DNA of 64,000 nucleotides. Source: Armatimonadota bacterium. GTDB lineage: Bacteria > Armatimonadota > Zipacnadia > Zipacnadales > JABUFB01. Position 1 is the first letter of the stretch. Each line of letters begins with the position of its first letter. The DNA is taken from assembly GCA_013314775.1 (NCBI GenBank), contig JABUFB010000019.1, forward strand, positions 3,189 to 67,188. Direction: 5' to 3'. The notes under the pieces were generated by a model. The model was not told the origin of the DNA. It ran no database searches and saw only the letters and a list, made by a program, of their open reading frames with translations. Made by a program: the position numbers and the translations under genes. Below are positions 1-9,911 of the stretch, piece after piece.

Positions 1-309
1 CGCTACGCCCTGCTGGTGCCGCACGATCTCAATGCTGCCATCCTTCACGAGATCCGACAGGGAGTCTTCCTTGATCACCGCGTGGGTGGCTCCGGCGTTC
101 TTGAGCAGCCGCAGGAGATCGGCGACGGGGAGCCCCGTCAGGCCCGATATCTCCTGGACGCGGTTGTAGTCAACTGCCAGCGCAACCGTTCGATTCTGAT
201 GTTCCGCCGACAGCCTGGGCTGCATGGCAATCAGCGCCGCGATCAGCCCCAGCGCCATGAGCGCTAGCAGTACCGCCTTCTGTGTAAGTGACATGCCGCT
301 AGTCTGCAT
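1..309 (-). CDS. DUF5693-like membrane protein, N-terminal part (runs off the window edge)
   Basis: Not in the ORF track. Manual translation from ATG at 309: MQTSGMSLTQKAVLLALMALGLIAALIAMQPRLSAEHQNRTVALAVDYNRV...LKNAGATHAVIKEDSLSDLVKDG. N-terminal TM followed by the R-x-x-E-x3-TV-x3-DY pattern I associate with DUF5693. Overlaps the stop of the upstream gene. Confidence 0.6.
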   Translation of the reverse strand, partial: MQTSGMSLTQKAVLLALMALGLIAALIAMQPRLSAEHQNRTVALAVDYNRVQEISGLTGLPVADLLRLLKNAGATHAVIKEDSLSDLVKDGSIEIVRHQQGVA

Positions 310-883
310 TCGCTTTCCATTCCGCGGGAGGGCGGGGTTCAGCCCCGCTGACCGACCGCAGCGCACTGGCGAGCGATTCCGGGTCGGGTACGCCCACGAT
401 GTAGCTGCGCCCGCCGATCTTGAGTTCGACTCCCGTGTTCCCGGCGAGATTGTAGCATCTGCTGCCACGCGGACCGAGACGCCATCCCCACCCGCCGAAA
501 TCCATGAGGGCCCGGAACTTCACGACCCGGTACCACTCGATGTCCTGCAGTGGGAAAACCATCACGGGGTATGGCACGATTCCCCATTTGAGCACAACGG
601 CTTCGGGTGTCACCTGCACCCGCACGCGCCAGGCAAGGGCCATGGCGGGCAGGACGCAGACCACGAGAAGAACGGGGCCAACCCACGCATCGGGGCCGGT
701 CTCGCCCAGCACGATCGGGATGACGGCCCCGGCGACGGCTCCAGCGATAGAAAAAGCGATCAGGCCCTGCATCCAGGGCGCTATGTATGTCACTCGGTCA
801 TAGATCGGCGTACTTTCCAACTGCGTGCACACCCTTCCGGCATCAGTTGTGCGCAGTTTAGCATACACGACTTCCCGCGTCAC
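299..883 (-). CDS. Small membrane protein, two TM helices plus a bacterial PH-like domain
   Basis: Two hydrophobic helices, then FGGWGWR...GVELKIGGRSYIVGVPDPESLASAL. Start uncertain. Confidence 0.6.
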   Translation of the reverse strand: MTREVVYAKLRTTDAGRVCTQLESTPIYDRVTYIAPWMQGLIAFSIAGAVAGAVIPIVLGETGPDAWVGPVLLVVCVLPAMALAWRVRVQVTPEAVVLKWGIVPYPVMVFPLQDIEWYRVVKFRALMDFGGWGWRLGPRGSRCYNLAGNTGVELKIGGRSYIVGVPDPESLASALRSVSGAEPRPPAEWKANAD

Positions 884-901
884 CCGGCGGGACTATGACC
901 G

Positions 902-1319
902 TCAGCGGGGCCGCTCGCCCGCAGCCAGTGTGTCGCGGATATGCTCCGCCGCCGTCGGGCATTCCGTGATGCCCTCCACCCCCGCGTGGGCTTCGGCTGC
1001 CTTCACCCTGCGATCAGCCCAGTCAAGCCGGTCCTTGAACTCGGCGTAGAGCGCCGAAAGGACTTCTTCCGTCGGCTCCGCACCCCCCGCAGCACGCCAT
1101 TCTCCGGGGATGCGGGGGGGCCAGCAGCGCCGTAATGTGGTCACGCCTGCGGGTGCCCATGGGACCGCGGGCTTCTTCAACGGAAATCTGCACACCGTGC
1201 CGCGCGAAAAGCGCCACGAAGGGCTTCGCCGGGGCCGGGCTGCCATAGTCAACCGTGGTCCCGGCGAGGTCGAAGATTACTGCGCTGATGCCGTCCGTGA
1301 GCGGTTCGCGGATCGGCAT
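902..1319 (-). pseudogene. phnX: Phosphonoacetaldehyde hydrolase (PhnX) remnant, frameshifted and internally deleted
   Basis: AVIFDLAGTTVDYGSPAP...EEARGPMG..DHI in one frame. It continues as PRIPGEW...PTEEVLSALYAEF in another frame after the G7 run at 1114-1120, then jumps directly to a PhnX-like C-terminus (AAEAH...LAAGERPR). Confidence 0.75.
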
Positions 1320-1355
1320 CCATCCAACTTCCTTCGCTGCTTCCACGCGCGATCC

Positions 1356-3617
1356 CTATGCCTCAGCCTTCAGGTGCCTGTCCAGAAAGGCGAATGTCCC
1401 CGCGCCGTTGATCGCGTGAGGGCCGTTGAAGACCTCCATCTCCGTGCGGTCGCCAATGCCGAGGATATCATACTGGAACCGGGTGCGGGCATACTCATAC
1501 GCGACCCACTCATCGGGCGCCACGCCGTCGAAATGCCCGCGCTCCACCATGAATGGCCGTGGGCAGATGAGCCAGCTCATTTCGGCGTAGTTGAAGGTAT
1601 TGCCCAGGTTGAACTCGGGCATCTCATACTCGCCGGTACGCAGGTAGGTGTAGCTGTGGCGGGTGGAGCAGTTCTTCCAGATCCATTCATCATAGTCTGC
1701 CGAACAGATGGACAAGCAGTAGTCGTCGAGCAGGGCCGGAACCCGCATGGCGGTCTTTCCGCCGTAGCTCAGACCGTAGAAGCCTATTCGCTGCGGATCC
1801 ACCCACGGCAGACTTTTCAGCCAGTCGAGAGTCTGCTGGTGCTGCCGGACGATGTACGAGAACAGCGAGAGCTTCAAGGGGTTCGCCTTGCGCTGAAGGA
1901 CCCGAAAGTCGTCATAGCCGATATAGGGGTTTTGCGGGGCGTAGGTGATGTACCCCTTGCTTGCGAGACGGCATGCGAACTGGCCGTAGGCGGGCACGTT
2001 ATTGCCCGGGTCTGCCACGTCTTGAGGCCGGCCCTCGAGACCGTGCTGGCACACAACCACCGGTCTACGCTCGCCTTCGCGCAGGTCGGACGGCAGAAGC
2101 AGAATGCCGTATGCGAAAACATCCTGATAAACGTCCAGCATGATCTCGTAGCCGGTGAAGTCTTCGGTCTCATAGACTTTGCGCGCCCGGGGGTTGGCCG
2201 GGAGTTCAGGCTCAGGCAGCTTGCCGATAACCTCCTCCCACAGGTACTTGCGGTACTGCCGGCACTGCCGCTCCCAGTCCTTCACGGTGGCGCCGGTGGC
2301 CTTTTTCCAGAAGTCCTTGCGTGCGAACTCCGCCTCGCGCAGGGCATGCTGTGTGTGCCCGAGCACCTGAAGGAACTGCCTGCGGTGGGTGACCTCGCTG
2401 TCCTCAAGTTCATGGGTGATCTCAGGCGCTTCTCCCGGTTCGGGTAGTGCGTCCGCAACTCCGAGGCCCTGCAGCAGGCTGGCCAGCGCCTTGTCCGAGC
2501 CCGGCCGCCCCGTCTTCGAGCGGACCAGACGGAAGTCGGTCTCCAATCCCTCGACCAGCGCCTTCGCACGGTCCAGTTCTCGCTGCACCGCCGCGAAAGA
2601 AGGCGTGCTCAGGGCTCCCGGCGCGGCTCCTGACCTACCTTCACGCGCCGGTGGCGGGCCGTTGACCTCGGGCACCGGGCAGTGCTCGACCACAAGCGGC
2701 CTCGGGGCGATGAGGGTCGCGAGTTCCGCATCCCCGAACTGCTCCAGCAGCGCCCATACATTTCGGTAGATCGGCTCTCTCCAGAGCTCCTCGCGCGGTC
2801 CGAAGTACCCGCTCACCAGGGCTGCGTCGATGCGCCGATCGACCGCCGCCGCATACAGCGCGATCAGCCCGCCTTCGCCGTACCCCGCAATTCCGATGGG
2901 GCGCCCGGAGCGCCCGGACTTAAGCCAGTCCAGCACCGCGAGGACCTTCTGCACCTCGTAACCGATGATGTGGCGCCCAAGCTCGAAGGCCGGGCGGTAG
3001 ATGAACTCCCGGTGCGGCTGGTTGGTGGCGAGGGTGAGTGCGGCGACGGAATCATCGTCCAGGCGGTTGATCAGCCACGGAACCAGCACCCGGCAGCCAG
3101 TCTCGGCAAGGCGCCGGGCGAACTGAGCGTCCGACGGCAGACCGTCTTCGATCCCGATGAGCATGCCGGGCGTCCAGTCGCAGTCGGGCAGAGCGATGAT
3201 GTCGGCGATGGGTTCGCCCCAGGGGTCCAGCACAAGACCCTCGGCCTCCACACCCGGCAGCACCGCCCAGCGGGCGCGCATCACCTGGTAGTCGTTCGCC
3301 ATGGCCACGGGCGCCTCGCAAAGCACATGCGGTCCGGTTTGCCCGACGAGTTCGAACCGCACCGGTTCGCGCTCATCAACGACGCCAATGATCCGGGCCA
3401 GCTCCTTCCGGTTCCGCGCCACCGACTTTGCGTACGCGGCGGGAGAACTCAGGTCCCGCTGCCAGTGGCGCTCACGCCTCCCGGCGATTTCGCGATTACG
3501 ACGGTCGAGGTCGCGGCTGATGCCGGCAACCATTGCCGCCGCGAGATCGCCTTTCGCGGTGAGCGGCGCGGCTCCCGGGATGCTGTCGACGCCCGTCTGT
3601 GAACGCTTCGCGGCCAT
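1356..3617 (-). CDS. Tandem alpha/beta-hydrolase (dienelactone hydrolase/acetyl esterase-like)
   Basis: 753 aa with two hydrolase halves. Nucleophile elbows GYGEGG and GLSYGG; VVCQHG; LICPRPFMVERG; C-terminal FNGPH. Confidence 0.75.
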   Translation of the reverse strand: MAAKRSQTGVDSIPGAAPLTAKGDLAAAMVAGISRDLDRRNREIAGRRERHWQRDLSSPAAYAKSVARNRKELARIIGVVDEREPVRFELVGQTGPHVLCEAPVAMANDYQVMRARWAVLPGVEAEGLVLDPWGEPIADIIALPDCDWTPGMLIGIEDGLPSDAQFARRLAETGCRVLVPWLINRLDDDSVAALTLATNQPHREFIYRPAFELGRHIIGYEVQKVLAVLDWLKSGRSGRPIGIAGYGEGGLIALYAAAVDRRIDAALVSGYFGPREELWREPIYRNVWALLEQFGDAELATLIAPRPLVVEHCPVPEVNGPPPAREGRSGAAPGALSTPSFAAVQRELDRAKALVEGLETDFRLVRSKTGRPGSDKALASLLQGLGVADALPEPGEAPEITHELEDSEVTHRRQFLQVLGHTQHALREAEFARKDFWKKATGATVKDWERQCRQYRKYLWEEVIGKLPEPELPANPRARKVYETEDFTGYEIMLDVYQDVFAYGILLLPSDLREGERRPVVVCQHGLEGRPQDVADPGNNVPAYGQFACRLASKGYITYAPQNPYIGYDDFRVLQRKANPLKLSLFSYIVRQHQQTLDWLKSLPWVDPQRIGFYGLSYGGKTAMRVPALLDDYCLSICSADYDEWIWKNCSTRHSYTYLRTGEYEMPEFNLGNTFNYAEMSWLICPRPFMVERGHFDGVAPDEWVAYEYARTRFQYDILGIGDRTEMEVFNGPHAINGAGTFAFLDRHLKAEA

Positions 3618-3652
3618 CTGTGGATCACCTCAGGGAAGTGCTGTGGTCGAAC

Positions 3653-4235
3653 CTCGCGTAGACCGACCGTCCCGGTCGGCGGATGTCAACCTTCGCGTCC
3701 GGCAGGACGCCCGGCCGCAGGCCTCTAGCCCCGGGTTTCAACCCGGGGCGTCTGCCGCCCCCTTCGGGGGCTCTTATAATCTCGAAGGAGGGGCCTGATT
3801 CCACCAGCTGACGCTGGTGGCAAGAGACTGCCGCCCCTTCGGGGCTGGACGGCAAGGGCCTGTCGAGCGGGACGCTCGACCTTTGCGTCCCTCAGGACGC
3901 CCGGCCGCAGGCCTCTAGCCCCGGGTTTCAACCCGGGGCGTCTGCCGCCCCCTTCGGGGGCTCTTATAATCTCGAAGGAGGGGCCTGATTCCACCAGCTG
4001 ACGCTGGTGGCAAGAGACTGCCGCCCCTTCGGGGCTGGACGGCAACGACAAACGGCGTTGGACGACAAACGGCAACGGCGAACGGCCTTGGACGGGAAAC
4101 GGCGTCGACCGTCCCCATCAATCGCATAGGCCGACCGTCCCGGTCGGCGGAACCCGTCCTCACTCGCATAGGCCGACCGTCCCGGTCGGCAACAGCGATG
4201 TCGAGCGGGGACCCTCGACCTACGCGGTCGGCAAC
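3653..4235. repeat. BIME-like mosaic of REP-type palindromes, including a 153-bp direct duplication
   Basis: 3703-3855 and 3893-4045 read as identical (period 190). CCGACCGTCCCGGTCGGC occurs three times (about 3663, 4131, 4173). GTCGAGCGGGAC(G/CC)CTCGAC-type hairpins occur twice (about 3862, 4199). GTAG precedes some of the palindromes. Confidence 0.85.
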
Positions 4236-4254
4236 AGCGACCACCTCGCTCTTG

Positions 4255-5034
4255 TCATCGCATCCACTTGCGCTTCGAATCTTCCGTCAGCAGATATAGC
4301 GGGTCATTGGCCAGCTTCTCCATACCCACCGAGTACGCATCCGCCGCGCGGAAAAGCCGCTGCTCGCTTTCACCGATGCGAGCGGTGCTCACCAGCCCGC
4401 GCTCCTCCAGTTCCCGCCCCAACGCCAGGAAGTCATTGGCTACTGTCTCCATCCGCGTGTACTCCCAGGCTTCCCCGCCCGGGTTCGCGACGCCGTCAAG
4501 GATGATCGTGGCGCGGCGGGACTCGATGAACCGGTAGGGCACTCTCGCTTCGGCTTCGAGCAGGTGGAACAGCGTGCAACTGTTGTAGGTCACGCCCATG
4601 AGCAGTACGCGGCCATCCATGTCCACGAGGGTCTTGAAGGGGCTGTCCGGGCCGAAGCCCGTCCTGTGGGGAGTACGGCAGATCAGATTGGCCGCGGGGC
4701 CGATTGCCGCCAGCGGATGCGCCGCGTGGCTGCTCCGAATCGCCCCGGGCCAGGTGCGCACGGTCTCCGAAATGATCCCCATCCGCGAGGGAGTGTTCTC
4801 CCGGTCCCAGACCGTCTCCCCGCCCTGGAGGTATTGGCTGAAGGTGGGCACCACCAGCGTCCCTTCCGGCCCCAGCACGCCAAGCAAAGCCTGCACCACG
4901 GTCGGCGCGCCACCTTCCACGCGCCCGAAACTGGACAGGCTGCTGTGGACGATTACCGTCTGCCCTGCGCCCAGACCCAGCGCCGACAGGCCCTCGCGGA
5001 TATCCTCGCCGGTTACGCCCGCATGTGAACTCAT
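4255..5034 (-). CDS. AAC(3)/YokD-family N-acetyltransferase
   Basis: VHSSLSSFG..GG, GTLVVPTF, RSSH, LLMGVTYNSCTLFHLLE motifs. Confidence 0.85.
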   Translation of the reverse strand: MSSHAGVTGEDIREGLSALGLGAGQTVIVHSSLSSFGRVEGGAPTVVQALLGVLGPEGTLVVPTFSQYLQGGETVWDRENTPSRMGIISETVRTWPGAIRSSHAAHPLAAIGPAANLICRTPHRTGFGPDSPFKTLVDMDGRVLLMGVTYNSCTLFHLLEAEARVPYRFIESRRATIILDGVANPGGEAWEYTRMETVANDFLALGRELEERGLVSTARIGESEQRLFRAADAYSVGMEKLANDPLYLLTEDSKRKWMR

Positions 5035-5040
5035 GTTGCG

Positions 5041-7965
5041 TTACTCCTCGGGGCGAATCAGCCAGATCGTGCCCGATGAATCCGTGCCGCCGCTAGATGC
5101 GACCTCGGCCACGAGTTCGTACTTCGCATCCGCGCGGTATTCCGGCAGCCTGATTTCGTAGACGTTCCCGCTGCTGCCACTCCCCGCCCAGCCACGGTGG
5201 ATGTCCTCGGAGATCGCCTGCCCGTTCTCCAGAAGGCTGACCTTGCGGATCACCAGCCCGTGCGCGCCCCGGTCATACTGCCACTCAACCTGCCACGCGC
5301 CCCCCTGCTTGATGTGCGCGGTGACGTCTAGCGTGAGGGTCACGCCCTCCTCGCTCATCTGCGCCGGCTCCCAGCCCCCGGCTTTCGCATAAGTGCCTGA
5401 GAGCAGGCCGAACTTTGTACCCGGGGGAAGGGCAGCAGGCGTGTCAAGACTGTCCTTCAATGCCTCCAGTTCCCCCGCAAGAGCAGACAGTTGGTCAGCC
5501 TGGGTTTCGAGGCGAGTCGCGTCGCCGACGTAGGCTCCGCAGTTGTCGATGAAGTACTTATACTCCAGGGCCCTTGTCCTTGCCTCGTCCCCGAGAGCCC
5601 GCAGCCGGGCCACTATTTCCGCCAGCGTTGCCTGCCGCTGTGCAAGCTCACCCTCGCCCAGAGGCTTGCGCAGTGCGGCGTACTGGGAGGTGATGTCCCG
5701 GAAGGTGTTCACCTTCCGGCCCGCATACTCGGCCAGCGCGAAGCCCAGATCGGCAGCCCGCAGGGTCAGGTGATTTGTCCCGGCGAGTTCATTCAGCCGC
5801 CTCACCTTGCCCCGGGCCGCCTGCATGGCCTCGATGAGAGCGCCGGCACTGGCCGCCGCCACCGGGGTCTTCAGGCCGAACTCTCGCATGACGTCGCGCG
5901 GGGCCGTCCAGAGAATGTCCGTGGTGAGGCGCCAGTTGCGCCACATTCCTGCCGCCCCCGTGCGCGCCACCGGCTCGCGCAGGCCCTGAGCAACGAGGCC
6001 GGGAGCCTCCTGCGCGCTTGTTCCGAGCCACTGGTCCGCAAAGCGCCGGTCGAACTCGCCGGTACTGCTGCTGCGCGGGTTCCAGGAACAGTCTGCCGCG
6101 AACAGCAGGCCATACATGCTGTTCTCGATGAGCGCCCCGTGCATGAACTCCCAGGTTGTGCAATAAGCTCCGCCGCAACCCGCCTCGGCCCCTGCGCGGT
6201 AGAAGCCCCGGATGCCCCGTATCGTTGTCTCGTAGTCTGGCCAGATCACCGAGTAACTCACCACTGCCGGGCAGCAGTGCACATCCTTGAACCCCGCCTG
6301 CTGGTACTGCTTGAGAGTCGGGTATTCCGCCGGTCCGTGGTAGATCCACTCGGTGGGGATGCAGTCCTTTTCCATCTGGTCGCTGTACTTGAGGGTCATG
6401 TCGCTCAGTTCCGGTGTGGGGCCGTGGTGGGATGGCCAGAACATCATGGTCCGCCCGTGCTTCTTCACAAGCTGGTTTAACTTGTTCATATGCTCGGCGT
6501 ACAGGGCGCCCATGCCGCCCGCTTCCACTTTCGCCTTGCACCGCGGGCACTTGGCGAACCCGAACTCGAACTCGTCGGCGCCGGTGTGGATGAACTCGGT
6601 GGTCGGGAAGGCTTCCACAAGCTCGGCGAACACGGTGTCCAGGAACTTCCAGGTCTCGGGCTCGCTGGTGCAGAAGACCCAGGGGTCGCCGGCCTCCCGC
6701 ATCTTCTCCATCTCTGGGTGCCGCAGTACCGCCGACGCGTGCCCGAGGGCCTCGAACTGGGGAATCAACTGCATGTGGTACGGGCGGGCGTATTCCGTAA
6801 GCTCCCGGGCTTTGTCGTGGGTAAAAGTGCCCTCGCGTCCGAGGAATGGGAATGCCCTGAAGCGGAAGTCGTCCTCCATGTAGAAGAGCAGGCCATTGAT
6901 CTTGCACCTTGCAAGGGCGCGGATCATCCGCTTCACATACTCCACGTTCACGCTCTGTCCCCGGGCGATGTCGTACTGGATAATCCGGTATGGGAAAGCC
7001 GGCCAGTCTCGCACGCTGCAGCAGGCGACCCCCGGGCCCCCCTCAGTCTTCCGGGCCATCTGGCCGAGTGTGATCGCCCCGTACAGGATGCCCCGAGCGT
7101 CCCGGGCTCTGACCTGCGCGCCGTCGACGGATACCTCCAGCGCGTAGGCTTCAGGACTGTCCGAGGGCACGTTGGGATCTGCTTTCAGCAGCAAGAGAGA
7201 ATTGCGGGGCGCATCCCCCTTCTGCGGGTCCAGCGCACGCACGCCCAACTCCAGCCCGGTGCGCTCCTGGATCAACGCCTGCAGCTCCCGGGCAGCGAAG
7301 GCCGCGTCCTCATCGCCATCCGCGTGGCAGATAACGGTATCCGCCTCGAGCGCGAAGTCCCCGCCGGTCAAGTCAATCTGCTGCGGCAGGGGGATCAGCG
7401 ATACGCCGGCATCAGTCAGCGCCGCCGCGGCCTTCATCTGCCGGGTGGATTCCTCGTCCATCACTGTCGCCAGTGCGAACAGGTCCCTGCCCGTGCCGTA
7501 ACGGTAGGAGGTCCACCCGTCGCCGGCCACGGTCGCGCCGACGAAGATGTCGATGTATCCGCGCCGCCGGTCGTCGGCGGTGATTCTTTCAGTCAGGTCG
7601 ATAGGGGCCTGGTTGGTCCGGTTCCATTCGTCCCCGTCGGTGACAATGGGGCCCTCATAGATAAGCTCTCCATCGGCGCTATCTCGCCGCAGCAGCAACT
7701 GGTAGCTGGTGCCCTTCCCGCTGTAAGCGACAACTGCCCCGATGCGCAGCCAGTACCCGGCCGCCTCCTGTTCGGGCACAGGAAATCGCATTGGCACCCA
7801 GTTGCCGGACTCGATGAGCCCGAGGTGTCCTTCGCCCATCGGGGTTCGGGCCAAAGGGGCGAGACGCTTTGCGTATTCGCCGAACTCTGCCCAACGCTCC
7901 GACTGGCATTGTCCGACACTTGTCACCAGCAGTGCCACCATCAATAGGGACCCGCAAATCCGCAC
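5041..7965 (-). CDS. Secreted GH20-family glycoside hydrolase (beta-N-acetylhexosaminidase-like) with extra N- and C-terminal beta domains
   Basis: LIPLPQ, EAYALEV, DWPAFPYR..QYDIAR, LIPQFEALGH and the catalytic HTGADE motif. Likely GTG start at 7965 after AAGGAG, giving a signal peptide. Confidence 0.85.
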   Translation of the reverse strand: MRICGSLLMVALLVTSVGQCQSERWAEFGEYAKRLAPLARTPMGEGHLGLIESGNWVPMRFPVPEQEAAGYWLRIGAVVAYSGKGTSYQLLLRRDSADGELIYEGPIVTDGDEWNRTNQAPIDLTERITADDRRRGYIDIFVGATVAGDGWTSYRYGTGRDLFALATVMDEESTRQMKAAAALTDAGVSLIPLPQQIDLTGGDFALEADTVICHADGDEDAAFAARELQALIQERTGLELGVRALDPQKGDAPRNSLLLLKADPNVPSDSPEAYALEVSVDGAQVRARDARGILYGAITLGQMARKTEGGPGVACCSVRDWPAFPYRIIQYDIARGQSVNVEYVKRMIRALARCKINGLLFYMEDDFRFRAFPFLGREGTFTHDKARELTEYARPYHMQLIPQFEALGHASAVLRHPEMEKMREAGDPWVFCTSEPETWKFLDTVFAELVEAFPTTEFIHTGADEFEFGFAKCPRCKAKVEAGGMGALYAEHMNKLNQLVKKHGRTMMFWPSHHGPTPELSDMTLKYSDQMEKDCIPTEWIYHGPAEYPTLKQYQQAGFKDVHCCPAVVSYSVIWPDYETTIRGIRGFYRAGAEAGCGGAYCTTWEFMHGALIENSMYGLLFAADCSWNPRSSSTGEFDRRFADQWLGTSAQEAPGLVAQGLREPVARTGAAGMWRNWRLTTDILWTAPRDVMREFGLKTPVAAASAGALIEAMQAARGKVRRLNELAGTNHLTLRAADLGFALAEYAGRKVNTFRDITSQYAALRKPLGEGELAQRQATLAEIVARLRALGDEARTRALEYKYFIDNCGAYVGDATRLETQADQLSALAGELEALKDSLDTPAALPPGTKFGLLSGTYAKAGGWEPAQMSEEGVTLTLDVTAHIKQGGAWQVEWQYDRGAHGLVIRKVSLLENGQAISEDIHRGWAGSGSSGNVYEIRLPEYRADAKYELVAEVASSGGTDSSGTIWLIRPEE

Positions 7966-8057
7966 CTTTCGCCACTCCTTTCGGTCAAAGGGAACATGGA
8001 CACGGGTTCGCTCATTCCCGTGCCCTTCCCTTCTCGCATGGTCGGAGGTGACCCGGA

Positions 8058-9830
8058 ATGTCACGCAGTATCTTCGCCCCTACCGTCCTTCTGGTGGTGC
8101 TTTCCTCGCTTGCAGCCGCGTCCGGAGCGCTGCCCGCGTTCTACCCGTCGGGCCAGCCACTAAGGGTGGATGGCTTCGACAATTGGGCAGTCTGGCGCGC
8201 GCGGTTTGATGTGCGGGAGACCCCTACCACGCACCACACCCTCCTTGATCGCCACGCCGCGCTGCTCATGTGGCTCGGGGACATGCGGCAGCGACGCTTG
8301 CCGGTGAACGAGGCACTTCCGCCCGCCACGGTCAGCGTGGTTGCCGAGCTCATCAAGAAGGGCGACTACGTGGCGGCGTGTACCGCCCTGGACGATCTTT
8401 ACCGCAAGGCAGAGGCGTTCGCGGCGGAACATCACGAACCGAGCCGCAGGGGTTTTCTCTCCGGCAAAGTAATCGATGCCGCAGGCAACCCGGTCAAGGA
8501 CGCTCGGGTCACGGTCTTCGGCTCCCCGCTTGGTGCGTACTCGGACGCTGAGGGCAACTTCGTCATCTCCAATGTGCCTGTGTCGGCGCCACGTTACATC
8601 CTGCGCGCCTCCAGTCCGGGCTTCATCGACGGATTCGCCGGCGGCCTGACACCGACAGACCAGCCCTCGGGCGCATCGGTGCTGTTGCTTGCTCCGCAGG
8701 GCGAAGCGTCGTCCCGGCTCACCGGCACGCTCTCGGTGCGCGTCTGCAGGATGGTGGAACTGCGCGAGGTGCCTCCTCCCCCCAGCGCCTTCGACAGCGC
8801 GGTGGTGGATATGAAGATATACCCGCGCGAGGTCCTGACCTACCTGGAACCCAGCCCCCAAGTGGACAGCGACAATACGGCTGTTGTTGCGCGGGCCTCG
8901 GCGATCCTGGCTTCCGTCGCCGAACCCCACCGCCTGCGATCCGCCGCGCTGGTGCAGGCCACAGTGCAGTGGCTGGTCGCCAACATCGCTTACGACTCCG
9001 AACGCTCTTTCCCGGGAGACTCAACCTGCGGTAACTGGCAGCTCGCCCACGGCGCCTGGAGCCGCGATCCGGAGGACTGGCTGCAATTGCCCTCCCAGGT
9101 CCTCGAGACCCGGCGGGCCGGCTGCTCCGAGTACGAGCGCTTGGCCGTCGCCCTTCTGCGGGCCCTCAATGTCCCGGCCCGCACGGTGCTTGTCGATACC
9201 CACCCGGTGACCCAATGGTGGGTCCAGCTCTCCAGCGGGAACGGTTTCTGGGCAAATGTCGAGGCCTGGCGGGCCCGATATGATTACGAGCGCACCGGGG
9301 TCGTTCCCGCGCAATTGCCCTCGGTGTCCGACAGCCTCATCGGCTTCTTCTCGCCCAACCAGCACTCTCCGGCCGAGATGGTCTGGGACGCGGCAAACCC
9401 GTGCCTGTGGCTGGCCGACTACGGTCAGATCGCCCAGACCGCTCTCAATCCGGCGGGACTCAAAGTGATGCAGCGCTGGATGGAGCAGTTCAAGACCAAC
9501 GGCAGACTGCCCACCGGGGTGGACAGAGGAGTCATCCCGCCCTCGGGGCTTCGGCTGTACAAGTCATACCAGATATCCACCCGGGGCGCGGTGATCGATC
9601 TGTCGACCCTCGGGGCCCAACGCAAGCTGTCCGTGCGCTTCCCGGTCTATGTGGAGAACCAGTACCGCAAGACCATCGACATGCAGGCCTGGACGGATCA
9701 CCCGGAGTGGCTGAAGACGGTGCGACGGGAGAACGTGCAGGACCCCGTAACGCGGCAGAACCTGGACTGGTATGTGCTGGAGTTCGAGATCAGCCGGGCA
9801 GCAGCCGTCCAGCCCGCGCCTGCAGGTTAG
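8058..9830 (+). CDS. Secreted transglutaminase-like protein with a carboxypeptidase-regulatory-like (Ig/transthyretin) domain
   Basis: Signal peptide; LSGKVIDAAGNPVKDARV...SDAEGNF; GCSEYERLAVALLRALNVPARTV..H. Confidence 0.75.
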   Translation: MSRSIFAPTVLLVVLSSLAAASGALPAFYPSGQPLRVDGFDNWAVWRARFDVRETPTTHHTLLDRHAALLMWLGDMRQRRLPVNEALPPATVSVVAELIKKGDYVAACTALDDLYRKAEAFAAEHHEPSRRGFLSGKVIDAAGNPVKDARVTVFGSPLGAYSDAEGNFVISNVPVSAPRYILRASSPGFIDGFAGGLTPTDQPSGASVLLLAPQGEASSRLTGTLSVRVCRMVELREVPPPPSAFDSAVVDMKIYPREVLTYLEPSPQVDSDNTAVVARASAILASVAEPHRLRSAALVQATVQWLVANIAYDSERSFPGDSTCGNWQLAHGAWSRDPEDWLQLPSQVLETRRAGCSEYERLAVALLRALNVPARTVLVDTHPVTQWWVQLSSGNGFWANVEAWRARYDYERTGVVPAQLPSVSDSLIGFFSPNQHSPAEMVWDAANPCLWLADYGQIAQTALNPAGLKVMQRWMEQFKTNGRLPTGVDRGVIPPSGLRLYKSYQISTRGAVIDLSTLGAQRKLSVRFPVYVENQYRKTIDMQAWTDHPEWLKTVRRENVQDPVTRQNLDWYVLEFEISRAAAVQPAPAG

Positions 9831-9911
9831 GACTGCGAGTGTTCGGCGAAGGGATTGCCTGTGCGCCTGGGGAACATGGGGCGCACTGAGCCGGGGGGAG
9901 AGGGAGCCCAG

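Noticed and set aside
3703..4045. Possible CRISPR array
   Set aside because: Only two 153-bp units made of palindromes; no 25-45 bp repeats with unique spacers and no cas genes.
3625..4244. ORFs 3625-3855, 3725-4075 and 3915-4244
   Set aside because: They are translations of the REP repeat, with duplicated peptide text and no protein motifs.
4255..5034. Aminoglycoside resistance gene
   Set aside because: The AAC(3)/YokD fold is widespread; the context is catabolic with no mobile element, so resistance cannot be claimed.
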